The notes: generated by a model not told the origin, from the letters alone. 64,000 nucleotides of DNA from Candidatus Eiseniibacteriota bacterium (GCA_963783375.1 CAWANH010000029.1:864001-928000), one strand, 5' to 3'; counted from the stretch's first letter, positions 1-12,126 are shown. A program made the numbers and translations.

Positions 1-138
1 GCCCACCAGCAGATGCCCTCCCCGGCCGATCCAGACGCACAGTTCCCGGCCCGCGCGCTCCGGCAGCCACGAAAGGAGCCCGGGCAGAACCCGGGCCATG
101 CCGAACCGCCCCCTCCTTCGCAACTCCTTGGTATTCAT
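1..138 (-). CDS. 5' part of a probable lipid A late acyltransferase (LpxL/HtrB-like), runs off the window edge
   Basis: Hand translation MNTKELRRRGRFGMARVLPGLLSWLPERAGRELCVWIGRGGHLLVG resembles LpxL-type N-termini; lies downstream of the kds cluster. Alternative ATG at 99 has AGGAGG upstream. Confidence 0.45.
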   Translation of the reverse strand, partial: MNTKELRRRGRFGMARVLPGLLSWLPERAGRELCVWIGRGGHLLVG

Positions 139-162
139 ATCGGTAACTACCGTCAAGGCTTG

Positions 163-191
163 AGGCTAACAGAGGTTCGGAGGCCGGTCAA
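163..191 (-). promoter_or_regulatory. sigma70-type promoter TTGACC-17-TAGCCT with extended TG
   Basis: -35 at 186-191, -10 at 163-168, exact 17-nt spacer, upstream of ATG 138. Confidence 0.6.
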
Positions 192-207
192 GCAACCCTT
201 GTGCCAA
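191..207 (-). promoter_or_regulatory. sigma54 -24/-12 element TTGGCAC-AAGGG-TTGCT
   Basis: Perfect match to TGGCAC-N5-TTGCW on the minus strand. Confidence 0.65.
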
Positions 208-279
208 AAAGTTTGGCACGGTGGCTCAGAGCGTGCCAAACCGGGATCGCGGGCTGAAAAGCCGGCGGCCGGGTCGGGC

Positions 280-1308
280 TCAGGGCTCGCTTCGCGCGGC
301 TTCGGCCCGGAGACAATCGTGGAGGTGGATGATCCCCACCGGCCGGCCGCCCTCCACCACCACGAGGTTGGTGACCGCGCCGGGGCGGCGGGCCTCCATC
401 TCGCGGACCGCGGCCGCCACCAGCGCGTCGGGCGCGATGGCGCGGGGCGCGCGGGACATGAACCGGGCCACCGGCTCGCCGAGGAGGTCGCCCTTCACCG
501 GCCCGAGCAGCACGCGCTTCAGGTCGCCGTCGGTGAGCACCCCGGCCAACCCGCCCGCGCCGTCCACCAGGACCACCACGCCCAGGCCCTTGTCCACGAT
601 CTCCACCAGCGCCTCGCGAAGGGTGACGGAGTCGGGAGCGGTGGGGAGCGCGGCGCCGCCGTGCATGAGTTCCCGCACCCGCCGCGCCACCTGGCGTCCG
701 ATGAGCCCGCCGGGATGGACGTAGGCGAAGTCCTCGCGGGTGAGCCCACGCCGGCGGAGAAGCACCACCGCCAGGGCGTCCCCCACCGCCATGGTCGCGG
801 TGCTGCTGGAGGTGGGGACGAGATCGAGCGAGCACGCCTCCTCGATCCGGCCGAGGGCGACGGCCACGGTGGCGCCTCGACCCAGGGGGCTTTCGGCCGA
901 CTCCACCAGCGCGATCACCGGGGTCCCGAGCCGTTCGAAGTACGGAAGGAGGTGCAACAGCTCCGCACTCCGCCCGCTCTTGGAGAGCGCCAGCACCACG
1001 TCCTTGGACCCCACGATCCCCAGGTCTCCGTGCAGGGCCTCGGTGGGATGGAGAAAGAACGCCGGGGTTCCGGTGGAGGTGAACGTGGCGGCGATCTTGG
1101 TCCCCACCAGCCCGCTCTTCCCCACCCCGGTCACGATCACCCGGCCCGAGGCGGCTTCCAGTATCTCCACCGCGCGGCGAAAGCTCTGATCAAGCCCTTC
1201 GGCCACCCCGGCGAGGGCCCCGGCCTCGCGGCCCAGGACCTCGCGGGCGATCTCCAGGGGATCGAGCCCGGTCCCGGCGTTCATGGACGACCCGCTCTCC
1301 GCGCTCAT
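280..1308 (-). CDS. kdsD: Arabinose-5-phosphate isomerase, KpsF/GutQ family (SIS plus two CBS domains)
   Basis: GVGKSG, HPTEALHGDLG, SKSG, HPGG motifs; ATG overlaps kdsC stop (ATGA). Confidence 0.95.
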   Translation of the reverse strand: MSAESGSSMNAGTGLDPLEIAREVLGREAGALAGVAEGLDQSFRRAVEILEAASGRVIVTGVGKSGLVGTKIAATFTSTGTPAFFLHPTEALHGDLGIVGSKDVVLALSKSGRSAELLHLLPYFERLGTPVIALVESAESPLGRGATVAVALGRIEEACSLDLVPTSSSTATMAVGDALAVVLLRRRGLTREDFAYVHPGGLIGRQVARRVRELMHGGAALPTAPDSVTLREALVEIVDKGLGVVVLVDGAGGLAGVLTDGDLKRVLLGPVKGDLLGEPVARFMSRAPRAIAPDALVAAAVREMEARRPGAVTNLVVVEGGRPVGIIHLHDCLRAEAARSEP

Positions 1309-1879
1309 CGGGGGGCGCCGCCTTCGGCTTCCGGGCCGCCGCCGGTCTCCTCGCGCCCCACCGAGAACCCCTCGTCGCGGTTCGCGAACCCTTCGACGAT
1401 CGTCTCGCGGATCCCCGCCCGGTCGAGGAGCCACTCCACCGCGTCCCGTACCGCTCCCGCCCCTCCCGGCACCGAGGTCACGTAGCGGGCGGCCGCGCGC
1501 ACCTCGCGGCAGGCGTCGGCCACCGCGACCGGCCAGCCCACCCGGCGGAGGCACCGGAGATCGGGAAGATCGTCCCCCACGTAGGCGGCGTCGCTCCAGT
1601 CGATCCCCGCCTCCTCCAGCCAGCGGTCGAGGAACCGGTCCTTCCGTCCCACCCCGATCGCCCACTCCGCCCCCATCTCGGTGGCCCGCTGCCGGGCGGA
1701 CAGCGACCCCCGCGCGGTGAGAAAGAGCACCCGCCACCCCGCGGCCAGGGCCAGCTTCACCCCCACCCCGTCCCGGGCGTGGAAGCGTTTGGCGTCGCGT
1801 CCCCGGTCGTCGAGGATGATGCCGCCGTCGGTGAGCACACCGTCCACGTCGAGCACCAGAGCCCGGATCGTTCCCGCCA

Positions 1880-1880
<1 letters not shown>
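1305..1880 (-). CDS. kdsC: KDO 8-phosphate phosphatase (HAD family)
   Basis: LDVDGVLTDG, GDDLPD, GGAGAVR; start overlaps kdsA stop. Confidence 0.95.
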
Positions 1881-4371
<2,491 letters not shown>

Positions 4372-4490
4372 CTACCGATCTCGTCGCCTACGATTCTACC
4401 AGCCCCGCCGGTACGGGGATTCCCGCCGTCCATCGATCCAACCGGGCCCCGCGCAGGTTCCGGTCCGCCCCGGCTCTCCGCGCACCCGGA

Positions 4491-5243
4491 TCAGCCCGCA
4501 CCCCCGGCGCGCCCGGCAAGAATTCGGCCGACCGGTTCCGCGTCGTCCGGGGTGTCCACCCCACGGGAGGGCCAGGTCCCCACCTCCACCACGATCCGGG
4601 CGCCCGCCTCCAGCGCCCGGAGCTGCTCCAGACCTTCCGAGCGCTCCAGGGCGCTCGGGGAAAGACCCACGAACCGTTCCAGGTACGCGGTCCGGAAGAC
4701 GTAGATGCCGATGTGCTTGAGCGGCCCCACCCCGTCCCCGCTCCGCCGATACGGGATCGGGGCCCGCGAGAAGTAAAGGGCGAAGCCGTCCGTTCCCAGC
4801 ACCACCTTCACCACGTTGGGGTCGGCGAATTCTCCGGCCGCGGCGGGAACGGCCAGGGTGCCGAGGTCGGCGCCACCTTCCCGCTCCATCCGCCCCACCA
4901 ACCGGTCCACCGCCTCCCCGGGGAGCAGAGGCTCGTCCCCCTGGAAGTTCACCACCAGATTGAAGACGTCCCCCTGGCCTTTCAGTTCCCGCACCAGATG
5001 TGCCGCCCGGTCGGAGCCCGAAGGGAGGTCGGTCGGGGTGAGTCGCGCCTCCACCCCGCATTCCCGCGCCGCCCCGGCGATCCCCTCGTGGTCGGTGGCC
5101 ACCACCAGCCGATCGATCCTCCCGGCTTCCCGGGCCCGGTCGATGACGTGAGCGATCAGGGGCTTCCCGGCGATGACCGCCAGCGGTTTCCCGGGAAACC
5201 GCGTGGATCCGTACCTGGCCGGAATCACCCCGAGCACGCGCAC
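4491..5243 (-). CDS. kdsB: CMP-KDO synthetase
   Basis: IPARYGSTRFPGKPL, QGDEP, HIGIY, LEQLRALE, VDTPDD; alternative ATG at 5270. Confidence 0.96.
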   Translation of the reverse strand: MRVLGVIPARYGSTRFPGKPLAVIAGKPLIAHVIDRAREAGRIDRLVVATDHEGIAGAARECGVEARLTPTDLPSGSDRAAHLVRELKGQGDVFNLVVNFQGDEPLLPGEAVDRLVGRMEREGGADLGTLAVPAAAGEFADPNVVKVVLGTDGFALYFSRAPIPYRRSGDGVGPLKHIGIYVFRTAYLERFVGLSPSALERSEGLEQLRALEAGARIVVEVGTWPSRGVDTPDDAEPVGRILAGRAGGAG

Positions 5244-5495
5244 GTCGCTACCCCACTCGTCCCGGGCCATGGCACGCCCCGGGACGACGGACGATTCGTT
5301 GGAAACAGCCGACGGGGGGATCTCCCCTGGGACCGGCGCCGGATGACGGGGCCGGATTCTCGAGCGGGCAACCGCGCTGCAGGGCAAGCCGGGTTGCTAA
5401 AGCGGTGGCCCTGGTCACTCTATCCGAACCGGTCCCCTTTGCAAGCCGCTTTTTTCCCGAACTCACGAATTGGTCGGGAGTTGGCCCCTTTTCCC

Positions 5496-5524
5496 TTGTC
5501 GAAGCGGGTCCGATGGGATAATCT
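5496..5524 (+). promoter_or_regulatory. sigma70-type promoter TTGTCG-17-TAATCT for the regulator-ahcY operon
   Basis: -35 at 5496-5501, -10 at 5519-5524. Confidence 0.55.
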
Positions 5525-5542
5525 ATCGGTCGATTCGGATAT
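5523..5542. promoter_or_regulatory. Candidate SahR operator, CTATC-N10-GATAT imperfect palindrome
   Basis: 20-bp dyad overlapping the -10 and start site of the ArsR-methyltransferase gene. Confidence 0.5.
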
Positions 5543-5546
5543 AACG

Positions 5547-6518
5547 ATGAAACAACCACCCACGATCACCCGGCTCAAGGCCCTGGCCGACCCGGTTCGG
5601 CTCCGGATCCTCGCTCTCCTGGAGGACGAGGAGCTCACGGTGGGCGAGCTCACCGGGATCCTCGGCATGACCCAGAGCCGGGTCTCCGGGCACCTGGGGG
5701 TGCTCCGGGAAGCGGACCTGGTGCGGGACCGCCGCCAGGGGACCTCCGCCTTCTACTCCGCGCTTTCCGAAGGCGAGGCGGCCGAGACCTGGAAGGCGCT
5801 CCGCTCCACCGTCCCCGAGCTGACCGAGAGCGCCGCCGACCGCCGCCGCCTGGGCGAGACCCTCGCCCGGCGGCGGGAGAAGAGCCGGGAGTTCTTCGAC
5901 CGGGTCGCGGGGGCGTGGGACGACGGGCGAAGCGAATCCCTGGGGTATCACGCGGGGGCGTTCACGGTGGCCGGGCTCCTCCCCCGGGGATTCACGGTGC
6001 TGGATCTGGGAACCGGGACCGGTGGGCTCCTGCCGCTCCTCGAGCGGTACGCGGACCGGGTGGTGGCGGTGGACATGAGCCGGGGGATGCTCTCCCGGGC
6101 CCGGGGGAAGACGGGGGCGCGGGACGGGGCGCGGATGCTCCGCGCGGACGTGGAGCGGCTCCCCCTCGACGAGGCCTCGGTGGACGGGGTGGTGGCCAAC
6201 ATGATCCTCCACCATCTCCCCCACCCCGAAACCGCGCTCCGGGAAACCGCCCGCGTGCTTCGGCCCGAGGGCCGGGGGGTGATCGTGGATTTCGAGCCCC
6301 ACGACGAAACGTGGCTCTTGGAGGAGGAAGGGCATCGCTGGGCCGGGTTCGATCCCGCCCAGATCGCCGGGTGGTGTGTGGACGCCGGGCTCACCGTGCC
6401 CGAGTTCGAGCGGGTGCCCACCCCGGAAACCGGCCGCTGGCACCGGCTGGACGTGTTCGTGGCCCGGTTCGGCGCCGCCCCCCGGGCGGGGCGAAGACCG
6501 GGCGCCATCAAGCGTTGA
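5547..6518 (+). CDS. ArsR-family HTH fused to SAM-binding methyltransferase domain (SahR-like methionine-cycle repressor)
   Basis: LKALADPVRLRIL, QSRVSGHL, EFFDRVAGAWD, VLDLGTGTG, NMILHH; directly upstream of ahcY. Confidence 0.88.
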   Translation: MKQPPTITRLKALADPVRLRILALLEDEELTVGELTGILGMTQSRVSGHLGVLREADLVRDRRQGTSAFYSALSEGEAAETWKALRSTVPELTESAADRRRLGETLARRREKSREFFDRVAGAWDDGRSESLGYHAGAFTVAGLLPRGFTVLDLGTGTGGLLPLLERYADRVVAVDMSRGMLSRARGKTGARDGARMLRADVERLPLDEASVDGVVANMILHHLPHPETALRETARVLRPEGRGVIVDFEPHDETWLLEEEGHRWAGFDPAQIAGWCVDAGLTVPEFERVPTPETGRWHRLDVFVARFGAAPRAGRRPGAIKR

Positions 6519-6616
6519 TTCGAGGCCCCGGCGCCGTGATCGTCACGGCCCCGCCGGGCGACGATTTCCATGGAGCCGCCGACCGGCGGCATGACGACCC
6601 ACGAAGAGGAGAGACC

Positions 6617-7921
6617 ATGTCCAAGAAGAACGGGAACGCGAAGAAGCAGGAAGGCTTCGACACCGGCGATGGCTTCAAGGTCCGCGACCTGGAGCTGGCC
6701 CCGCAGGGACGGAAGCGCATCGAGTGGGCGGAGAGCCGGATGCCGGTCCTCATGGCCCTCCGCGAGAAGTACAAGAAGACCAAGCCGATGAAGGGGATGC
6801 GGATCGCGGGGTGCATCCACGTGACCAAGGAGACCGCGGTGCTGGTGGAGACGCTTCGGGCCGCCGGCGCCCAGGTCTCGTGGTCGGGGTGCAATCCCCT
6901 CTCCACCCAGGACGACGTGGCCGCCGCGCTCGCCGCAAAGGGAACGTCCATTCACGCCTGGCACGGGATGAACGTGAAGGACTTCTACTGGTGCATCGAG
7001 CAGAGCCTGGCCTTCAACCCGACCCTGACCCTGGACGACGGCGCCGACCTGATCATGACCGTGCACACCAAGCGGCCGGACAAGGCGGCGGGGATCCTGG
7101 GCGGGACCGAGGAGACCACCACCGGCGTCCACCGGCTCCGCGCCCTGGCTGCGGACGGGAAGCTCATGTACCCGATCGTGGCGGTGAACGACGCCGAGAC
7201 CAAGTGGGACTTCGACAACATCTACGGGACCGGACAGTCGTCCCTGGACGGCATCCTCCGCGCCACCAGCGTCCTCCTGGCCGGAAAGAACTTCGTGGTG
7301 GCGGGCTACGGCCACTGCGGCCGCGGGGTGGCCATGCGGGCCAAGGGCATGGGGGCCAATGTGATCGTGACCGAGGTCAAGGCCACCGCGGCCTTGAAGG
7401 CCACCCTCGAGGGCTTCCGGGTCATGAAGATGGACCAGGCGGCCAAGCTCGGCGACATCTTCATCACCGCCACCGGGATGAAGGACGTGATCGTGGAGCG
7501 CCACTTCGCCCGCATGAAGGAGGGGGCGGTGATCTGCAACACCGGCCACTATGACTGCGAGCTGAACCTCGACGACCTGGAGAAGATCTCCAAGTCCAAG
7601 CGCGAGGTCCGGGCCAACAACGAGGAGTACACCCTCAAGAACGGTCGGAAGATCTTCGTCCTGGCCAAGGGACGGCTGGTGAACCTGGCCGCCGCCGAGG
7701 GCCACCCCTCCGAGGTGATGGACATGTCCTTCGCCAACCAGTTCCTCTCCTTGCTCCGGCTCTCGCGCGAGGGGAAGAAGATGGAGAAGAAGGTCTACGA
7801 CATCCCGCTGGAGCAGGACCAGGACATCGCGGGGCTGAAGCTCAAGACCATGGGCTACGCGATCGACACCCTGACCAAGGAGCAGATCGTCTACGCCACC
7901 GACTACACCGCCGGGACGTAG
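6617..7921 (+). CDS. ahcY: Adenosylhomocysteinase
   Basis: SGCNPLSTQD, EETTTG, FDNIYGTGQS, GRLVNLAAAEGHP; GAGGAG RBS. Confidence 0.98.
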   Translation: MSKKNGNAKKQEGFDTGDGFKVRDLELAPQGRKRIEWAESRMPVLMALREKYKKTKPMKGMRIAGCIHVTKETAVLVETLRAAGAQVSWSGCNPLSTQDDVAAALAAKGTSIHAWHGMNVKDFYWCIEQSLAFNPTLTLDDGADLIMTVHTKRPDKAAGILGGTEETTTGVHRLRALAADGKLMYPIVAVNDAETKWDFDNIYGTGQSSLDGILRATSVLLAGKNFVVAGYGHCGRGVAMRAKGMGANVIVTEVKATAALKATLEGFRVMKMDQAAKLGDIFITATGMKDVIVERHFARMKEGAVICNTGHYDCELNLDDLEKISKSKREVRANNEEYTLKNGRKIFVLAKGRLVNLAAAEGHPSEVMDMSFANQFLSLLRLSREGKKMEKKVYDIPLEQDQDIAGLKLKTMGYAIDTLTKEQIVYATDYTAGT

Positions 7922-7981
7922 GCGGGATTTCGTATCCCGGCCGGGCGGCTCTTGCCCGGTTCGCCGAAGTTGAGCGCACAT

Positions 7982-8013
7982 GGGAAGCCGGGGCCGCTGG
8001 GCCCCGGCTTCCC
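7982..8013. terminator. Perfect 14-bp hairpin between convergent genes
   Basis: GGGAAGCCGGGGCC-GCTG-GGCCCCGGCTTCCC; no strong U tract. Confidence 0.6.
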
Positions 8014-8028
8014 TCTGCCGGCCGGAAT

Positions 8029-9021
8029 CTAGCCCCCCGACCGCGCGTCCCAGGCCGCGAGGAGCTTCGCCTCGCGATCCGCGGTGAGGCCGGACTTGAG
8101 GGTGGTGCCGGGCGGGCGGCTCATGTCCCAGGCCAGGGTCTCGCGCACGACCTGAACCGTGGAGCGGAAGGCGAGGCCGTCCCCGAGCGCCCGGTCGATG
8201 TTGACGGCCAGGATTCCCCCCTCCTCGGGCGGCGGCACCAGGGGAATCTCGCTCCAGAGCTCCGCCTTCTGATCGACCAGGAACTCCACCGGCACCCACT
8301 CCGGCTCGGCGTTGCTCCCGCTCACCTCGCGGCAGATCCGGAACAGGTCCCCCATGGCCACCGGCTCCCGGGGCCCGGTCACGTTGAACACCCCGGTCCG
8401 CCGGCCTTCGGCCATGCGGAGGAGCCAGGCGGCCTGGTCGGAGGCGTGGATGACCTGGACCGGAGCGTCCTGCGGGGCGGGCGCGAGGTACCGTCCCCCC
8501 GTCGCGATCCGCCGCACCCAGTAGGTGAACCGGTCGGTGGGATCGTAGGGGCCGACGATCAGCCCGGAGCGGGCGATGAGCACCCGGCCCGGCATGGCGC
8601 GCTCGGCCGCGGTCTCGCAGAGGGCCTTCAGGGCGCCGTAGGTCTCGCCGGTGATCTCCTCGGTGGCCGGGTCGTCCAGGGTCGCGACCTCGGCGCTCTC
8701 GTCCATGTCGGGGGTGAACTTCCGGTACACCGAGATGCTGGAGACGAAGGTGTAGTGCTCCACCTTCTCGGCCAGGTACTCGGCCGAGGCGCGGACCAGC
8801 CGGGGCAGGTAGCCGCAGGTGTCGATCGCCGCGTCCCAGCGGCGGCCGTTCAATTTCTCCAGCCCGCCGTCCCGATCCCCGAGCACGTGCTCGGCGCCGG
8901 GGAAGAGATCCGCCCCGGTCTTCCCGCGATGGAAGAGGGTCAACTCGTGACCTTCGGCGAGGGCGATCTCCGCCAGGTGCCGTCCCAGGAAACGGGTCCC
9001 ACCGATCACCAGGAGCTTCAT
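8029..9021 (-). CDS. NAD-dependent epimerase/dehydratase family (atypical SDR)
   Basis: GGTRFLG, SSISVY, YGALKALCE, GLIVGPYDPTDRF. Confidence 0.9.
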   Translation of the reverse strand: MKLLVIGGTRFLGRHLAEIALAEGHELTLFHRGKTGADLFPGAEHVLGDRDGGLEKLNGRRWDAAIDTCGYLPRLVRASAEYLAEKVEHYTFVSSISVYRKFTPDMDESAEVATLDDPATEEITGETYGALKALCETAAERAMPGRVLIARSGLIVGPYDPTDRFTYWVRRIATGGRYLAPAPQDAPVQVIHASDQAAWLLRMAEGRRTGVFNVTGPREPVAMGDLFRICREVSGSNAEPEWVPVEFLVDQKAELWSEIPLVPPPEEGGILAVNIDRALGDGLAFRSTVQVVRETLAWDMSRPPGTTLKSGLTADREAKLLAAWDARSGG

Positions 9022-9092
9022 GCGTGGTCTCCTCCGGCCGTCACCGGCGGCCGCTCATGGGTTCGAGCACGGGACACCGGAGCCCGCGCCGA

Positions 9093-11216
9093 TCATTGGT
9101 TCGCCGGCAATGCGCCCGCTTCCGCGCCGGCGGGCACCGGCCCCCGGTCGCAGTAGATGCCACCCCGGCGCTCGCCGAAGCCTCGGGGCGGAGCGTACCG
9201 CCCTTCCGCCAGCTTTCGCGCCAGGTCCGAGAGCCGGTCCCCCGACCCGAAGGTTCCCGAGAGGTCCACGAAGATCGCCACCCCCGGGGCGCGGCGGCGC
9301 CAAAGGTTTCCGCCGCGGCTGTCCACGAACCCGATCGAACGGTTGAGTTCATTCTCTTCGTAGAGTCCGAAGCCGTTCTCCCCGGCCAGATCCACGAACC
9401 AACCCGCTCCCTGGCGGAGGCTCACGCCCAGGGACGACCCTCGGCCGGGGTTGTACGTGTCCGCCCCCTCGGCGTCCAGGAATATGCCCAGACCCAGATC
9501 GTCGCCGAATCCCAGGCCCCAGTTGGCCAGGTAATAGTCCGCCCCGGTAAGGTTCACGAGGATCCCCGCCCCCATCCTCTCCCCGCACCCCATCCCGCGC
9601 CCGGCGGCGATAGAGCTATCTCGCCCGGCGAGGTCCACCAGCGCCCCCAGGCCGAAGTCGCGCCCGAAACCCTGCACACCGTACCCGGCCTCGTAGGTGT
9701 CGTCGCCGGCCGCGTCCACCAGGAACCCCAGCCCCCCGGCGGGAAAGGGCCCGATCGCCGCCGCCGCCCCCTGGACCGCCATTTCGGTTGTGTCGCCCCG
9801 GGTGCTCCAGGGGAACTCCTTCAACCTCCCAACCCAGTAGCGGTCTCTCCCCCCCAGGTCCAACAGCAACCCCAGCCCCCGCCATCCGCCGAACCCCTGG
9901 CCCATGCCGAATCCGTTGACCGGCTCGTCTCCGGTGATCTCGAAGCGGTCGTTCCCGGCCCGGTCCAGGAGGATCCCCATGCCGTAGACCGCCGCCCCCT
10001 GGGAGAGCCACTGGCCGCGATACAAATCATCCCCCCCGTCGTCCTCGATCCAGCCCACCCCGCCGAAGCCGAATCCCGAGCCCCAGGCCGTGGCCTCGTA
10101 GACGTCGTCGCCGGCCCCGAGGTCCACCACCGCCGCGTACCCCAGGATCGCGCCTCCCGGGCCCGCCCGCCCCGAGTCCGCGGCGGCGTAGCGGTCGTTT
10201 CCGCCGAGGTCCACCACCACCGACGCCGGTTCGTCCCCCGAAGCGGACCCCGGACCCTCGTAGACATCGTCACCGCCGAGGTCCAGCACCAGGAGGTAGC
10301 TTCCGTGGTAGCGGTTGGCGCCCGCTCCCCCCACCGCGACCCGCCCGAGGGGCGAGGCCCAGTCGAACTGGAACTCGCTCTCCGCCGCGGGGAGCGCGGC
10401 CAGGGCGGCCGACGCGGTGTCCACCTCCCCCGCCAATCGCACCGCCCCGCGAGTGAGCGCGCGAAGATCCAGGCTCGAAAGCTCCCGCTCGAGTTCCCGG
10501 GTGTCATCCTCCGCGGTCTCATCCCCCTGGACCACCACCCCCCGGAGCGCCGCCGCGGTCCGTTTCCCCTTCGCCCCGAAGATCCCGCCCCGCTCCAGCT
10601 CCGAGCGGTCCACCTCGCGGTTCCGCCGCACCGCGGCCGCCCGGGAGGCCAGGATCAGCGCAGCCAGCTCCCGCGCGGTCGCCGGAGCCAGGGTCGCCTC
10701 CTCGCGGGTCACCGTCTCGCGGTCCTTTCCCTGGAACCGTTTCCCGGTCCCGGTGAAGAGCGCCTCCATGGCGGTGGTGACCGGGGTGGATGACGACTGC
10801 ACCGCCCGCTCCTCGGCCGCGAGCACGGTGTCGGGGAGCGGAGCCACCGAGACCTCGGGCTCCCCCAGGTCGGCGAGGAGCGCCATCACCCCACCCACCG
10901 ACGACGCCCGCGCCAGCTCCCGGGCCGCCCCCTCCAGGGTGGCCGGGGCCCGGCCGGGCTCGTCCATCACGTACTTCTGGAAACGGAGCCGCCCCGCCGG
11001 CTCCCCCATCAGCGCCAGCGCGGCGGGGTCGACGCGGAACGCTTCGGGCGTCGTGCCGTCCAGCGCGGCCAGCGTGTCGAGCACCGCCCGAAGGCGCGGG
11101 GAGTCGCATACCAGCGTGTCGGCCGCGGTCCCCGGGGGGGAAGCCTCGGGGGCGCGGACGGCGGAGCCGAAGGCCAGCACGAGCCCCAGGAAGACCGAAG
11201 CCGCTCCGCGACTCAA
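9093..11216 (-). CDS. Secreted hypothetical protein with about 11 DxxGxDxY-type glycine-rich repeats
   Basis: Signal-peptide-like N-terminus; TTG start overlaps the stop of the upstream acyltransferase; repeats DLGGDDVY, DLGGNDRY, DAAGDDTY etc. Confidence 0.75.
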   Translation of the reverse strand: MSRGAASVFLGLVLAFGSAVRAPEASPPGTAADTLVCDSPRLRAVLDTLAALDGTTPEAFRVDPAALALMGEPAGRLRFQKYVMDEPGRAPATLEGAARELARASSVGGVMALLADLGEPEVSVAPLPDTVLAAEERAVQSSSTPVTTAMEALFTGTGKRFQGKDRETVTREEATLAPATARELAALILASRAAAVRRNREVDRSELERGGIFGAKGKRTAAALRGVVVQGDETAEDDTRELERELSSLDLRALTRGAVRLAGEVDTASAALAALPAAESEFQFDWASPLGRVAVGGAGANRYHGSYLLVLDLGGDDVYEGPGSASGDEPASVVVDLGGNDRYAAADSGRAGPGGAILGYAAVVDLGAGDDVYEATAWGSGFGFGGVGWIEDDGGDDLYRGQWLSQGAAVYGMGILLDRAGNDRFEITGDEPVNGFGMGQGFGGWRGLGLLLDLGGRDRYWVGRLKEFPWSTRGDTTEMAVQGAAAAIGPFPAGGLGFLVDAAGDDTYEAGYGVQGFGRDFGLGALVDLAGRDSSIAAGRGMGCGERMGAGILVNLTGADYYLANWGLGFGDDLGLGIFLDAEGADTYNPGRGSSLGVSLRQGAGWFVDLAGENGFGLYEENELNRSIGFVDSRGGNLWRRRAPGVAIFVDLSGTFGSGDRLSDLARKLAEGRYAPPRGFGERRGGIYCDRGPVPAGAEAGALPANQ

Positions 11217-11959
11217 GACACCGGCTCCCGCGCCTGCGCTTCGGGAAGGCCGGAGAGGATCGCCTCGCGCACCCGGGCAGAGAGCGCGGGAATGTCCGCC
11301 CGGGTGAGCCCGGCGGTGGGAATGGGCGGGTGGATGATCACGGTGATCCGGCCCGTCCGCGGGAGAAGCTTCCGCTTCCCGAGGATCCGCCCGGTGTTCC
11401 GGATGGAGATCGGGAGGATGGGATAGCCGGTATCCACCGCCACGTAGAAGCCGCCCTTCTTGAACGGCAGGAGTCGCTGATCGGGCGAGCGGGTTCCCTC
11501 GGGGAAGACGGCCAGGGCGATCCCCTTCCGCATGCGGCTCACCGCCTGGCGAAGCGCGGTCACCGCCTGCTCGCGGTTTCCCCGGTCCACCTTGATGTGG
11601 TGGGAGGCCCCCAGGGCCCAGCCCAGGAACGGCGCGCGCACCAGCTCCCGCTTGGCCACGAAACGGACGGAGAGGCCCTTCAGGGCCACCACCGTGGCCG
11701 GGATGTCCAGGTAGCTTCGATGGTCGGCCATCATCACGCAGGCCTGGCCGAGGGGGAGGTGCTCCCGGCCCTCGGTCCGAACCGGGGCCAGGAAGCAGGC
11801 GAGCATGGTCCGGCTGTAGAGTTGCTGGGAGAACTCCATCCAAACCGCGTGGGGATCGAAGGGGGCGCCCACGAGATACAGGAGCCCGATGAGCATGCTC
11901 CAGATCGCCGCCCAGAAATAGGCCCACACCGCGAAGATCACCCGAGCCGCCACGTTCAT
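11213..11959 (-). CDS. plsC: 1-acyl-sn-glycerol-3-phosphate acyltransferase
   Basis: HRSYLD (HX4D), FVAKREL, FPEGTRS, FKKGGF. Confidence 0.9.
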   Translation of the reverse strand: MNVAARVIFAVWAYFWAAIWSMLIGLLYLVGAPFDPHAVWMEFSQQLYSRTMLACFLAPVRTEGREHLPLGQACVMMADHRSYLDIPATVVALKGLSVRFVAKRELVRAPFLGWALGASHHIKVDRGNREQAVTALRQAVSRMRKGIALAVFPEGTRSPDQRLLPFKKGGFYVAVDTGYPILPISIRNTGRILGKRKLLPRTGRITVIIHPPIPTAGLTRADIPALSARVREAILSGLPEAQAREPVS

Positions 11960-12016
11960 GGTCGAAGACTTTCGGGGGAACCGCCGGAGCGGTCAAGGGA
12001 GGAACGGATCAAGCGA

Positions 12017-12044
12017 GGGGGCGGAGATGGAAATCTCCGCCCCC
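12017..12044 (-). terminator. Perfect 12-bp hairpin downstream of mdh
   Basis: GGGGGCGGAGAT-GGAA-ATCTCCGCCCCC. Confidence 0.55.
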
Positions 12045-12126
12045 AGCGCGAGGGACCGGCGGAGAGAGGCCGGGCCTCCCCCCGCGTCGGAACCCGGACT
12101 TCCGCGGATCGCAGGCGCCCGCGGGC

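Noticed and set aside
212-240. Additional sigma54 promoters at the other two TTTGGCAC copies
   Set aside because: Neither has TTGC at the -12 position.
6519-6616. SAH riboswitch upstream of ahcY
   Set aside because: No GAGGAGCG...GCCAGGCTC core visible; the gene appears co-transcribed with the regulator.
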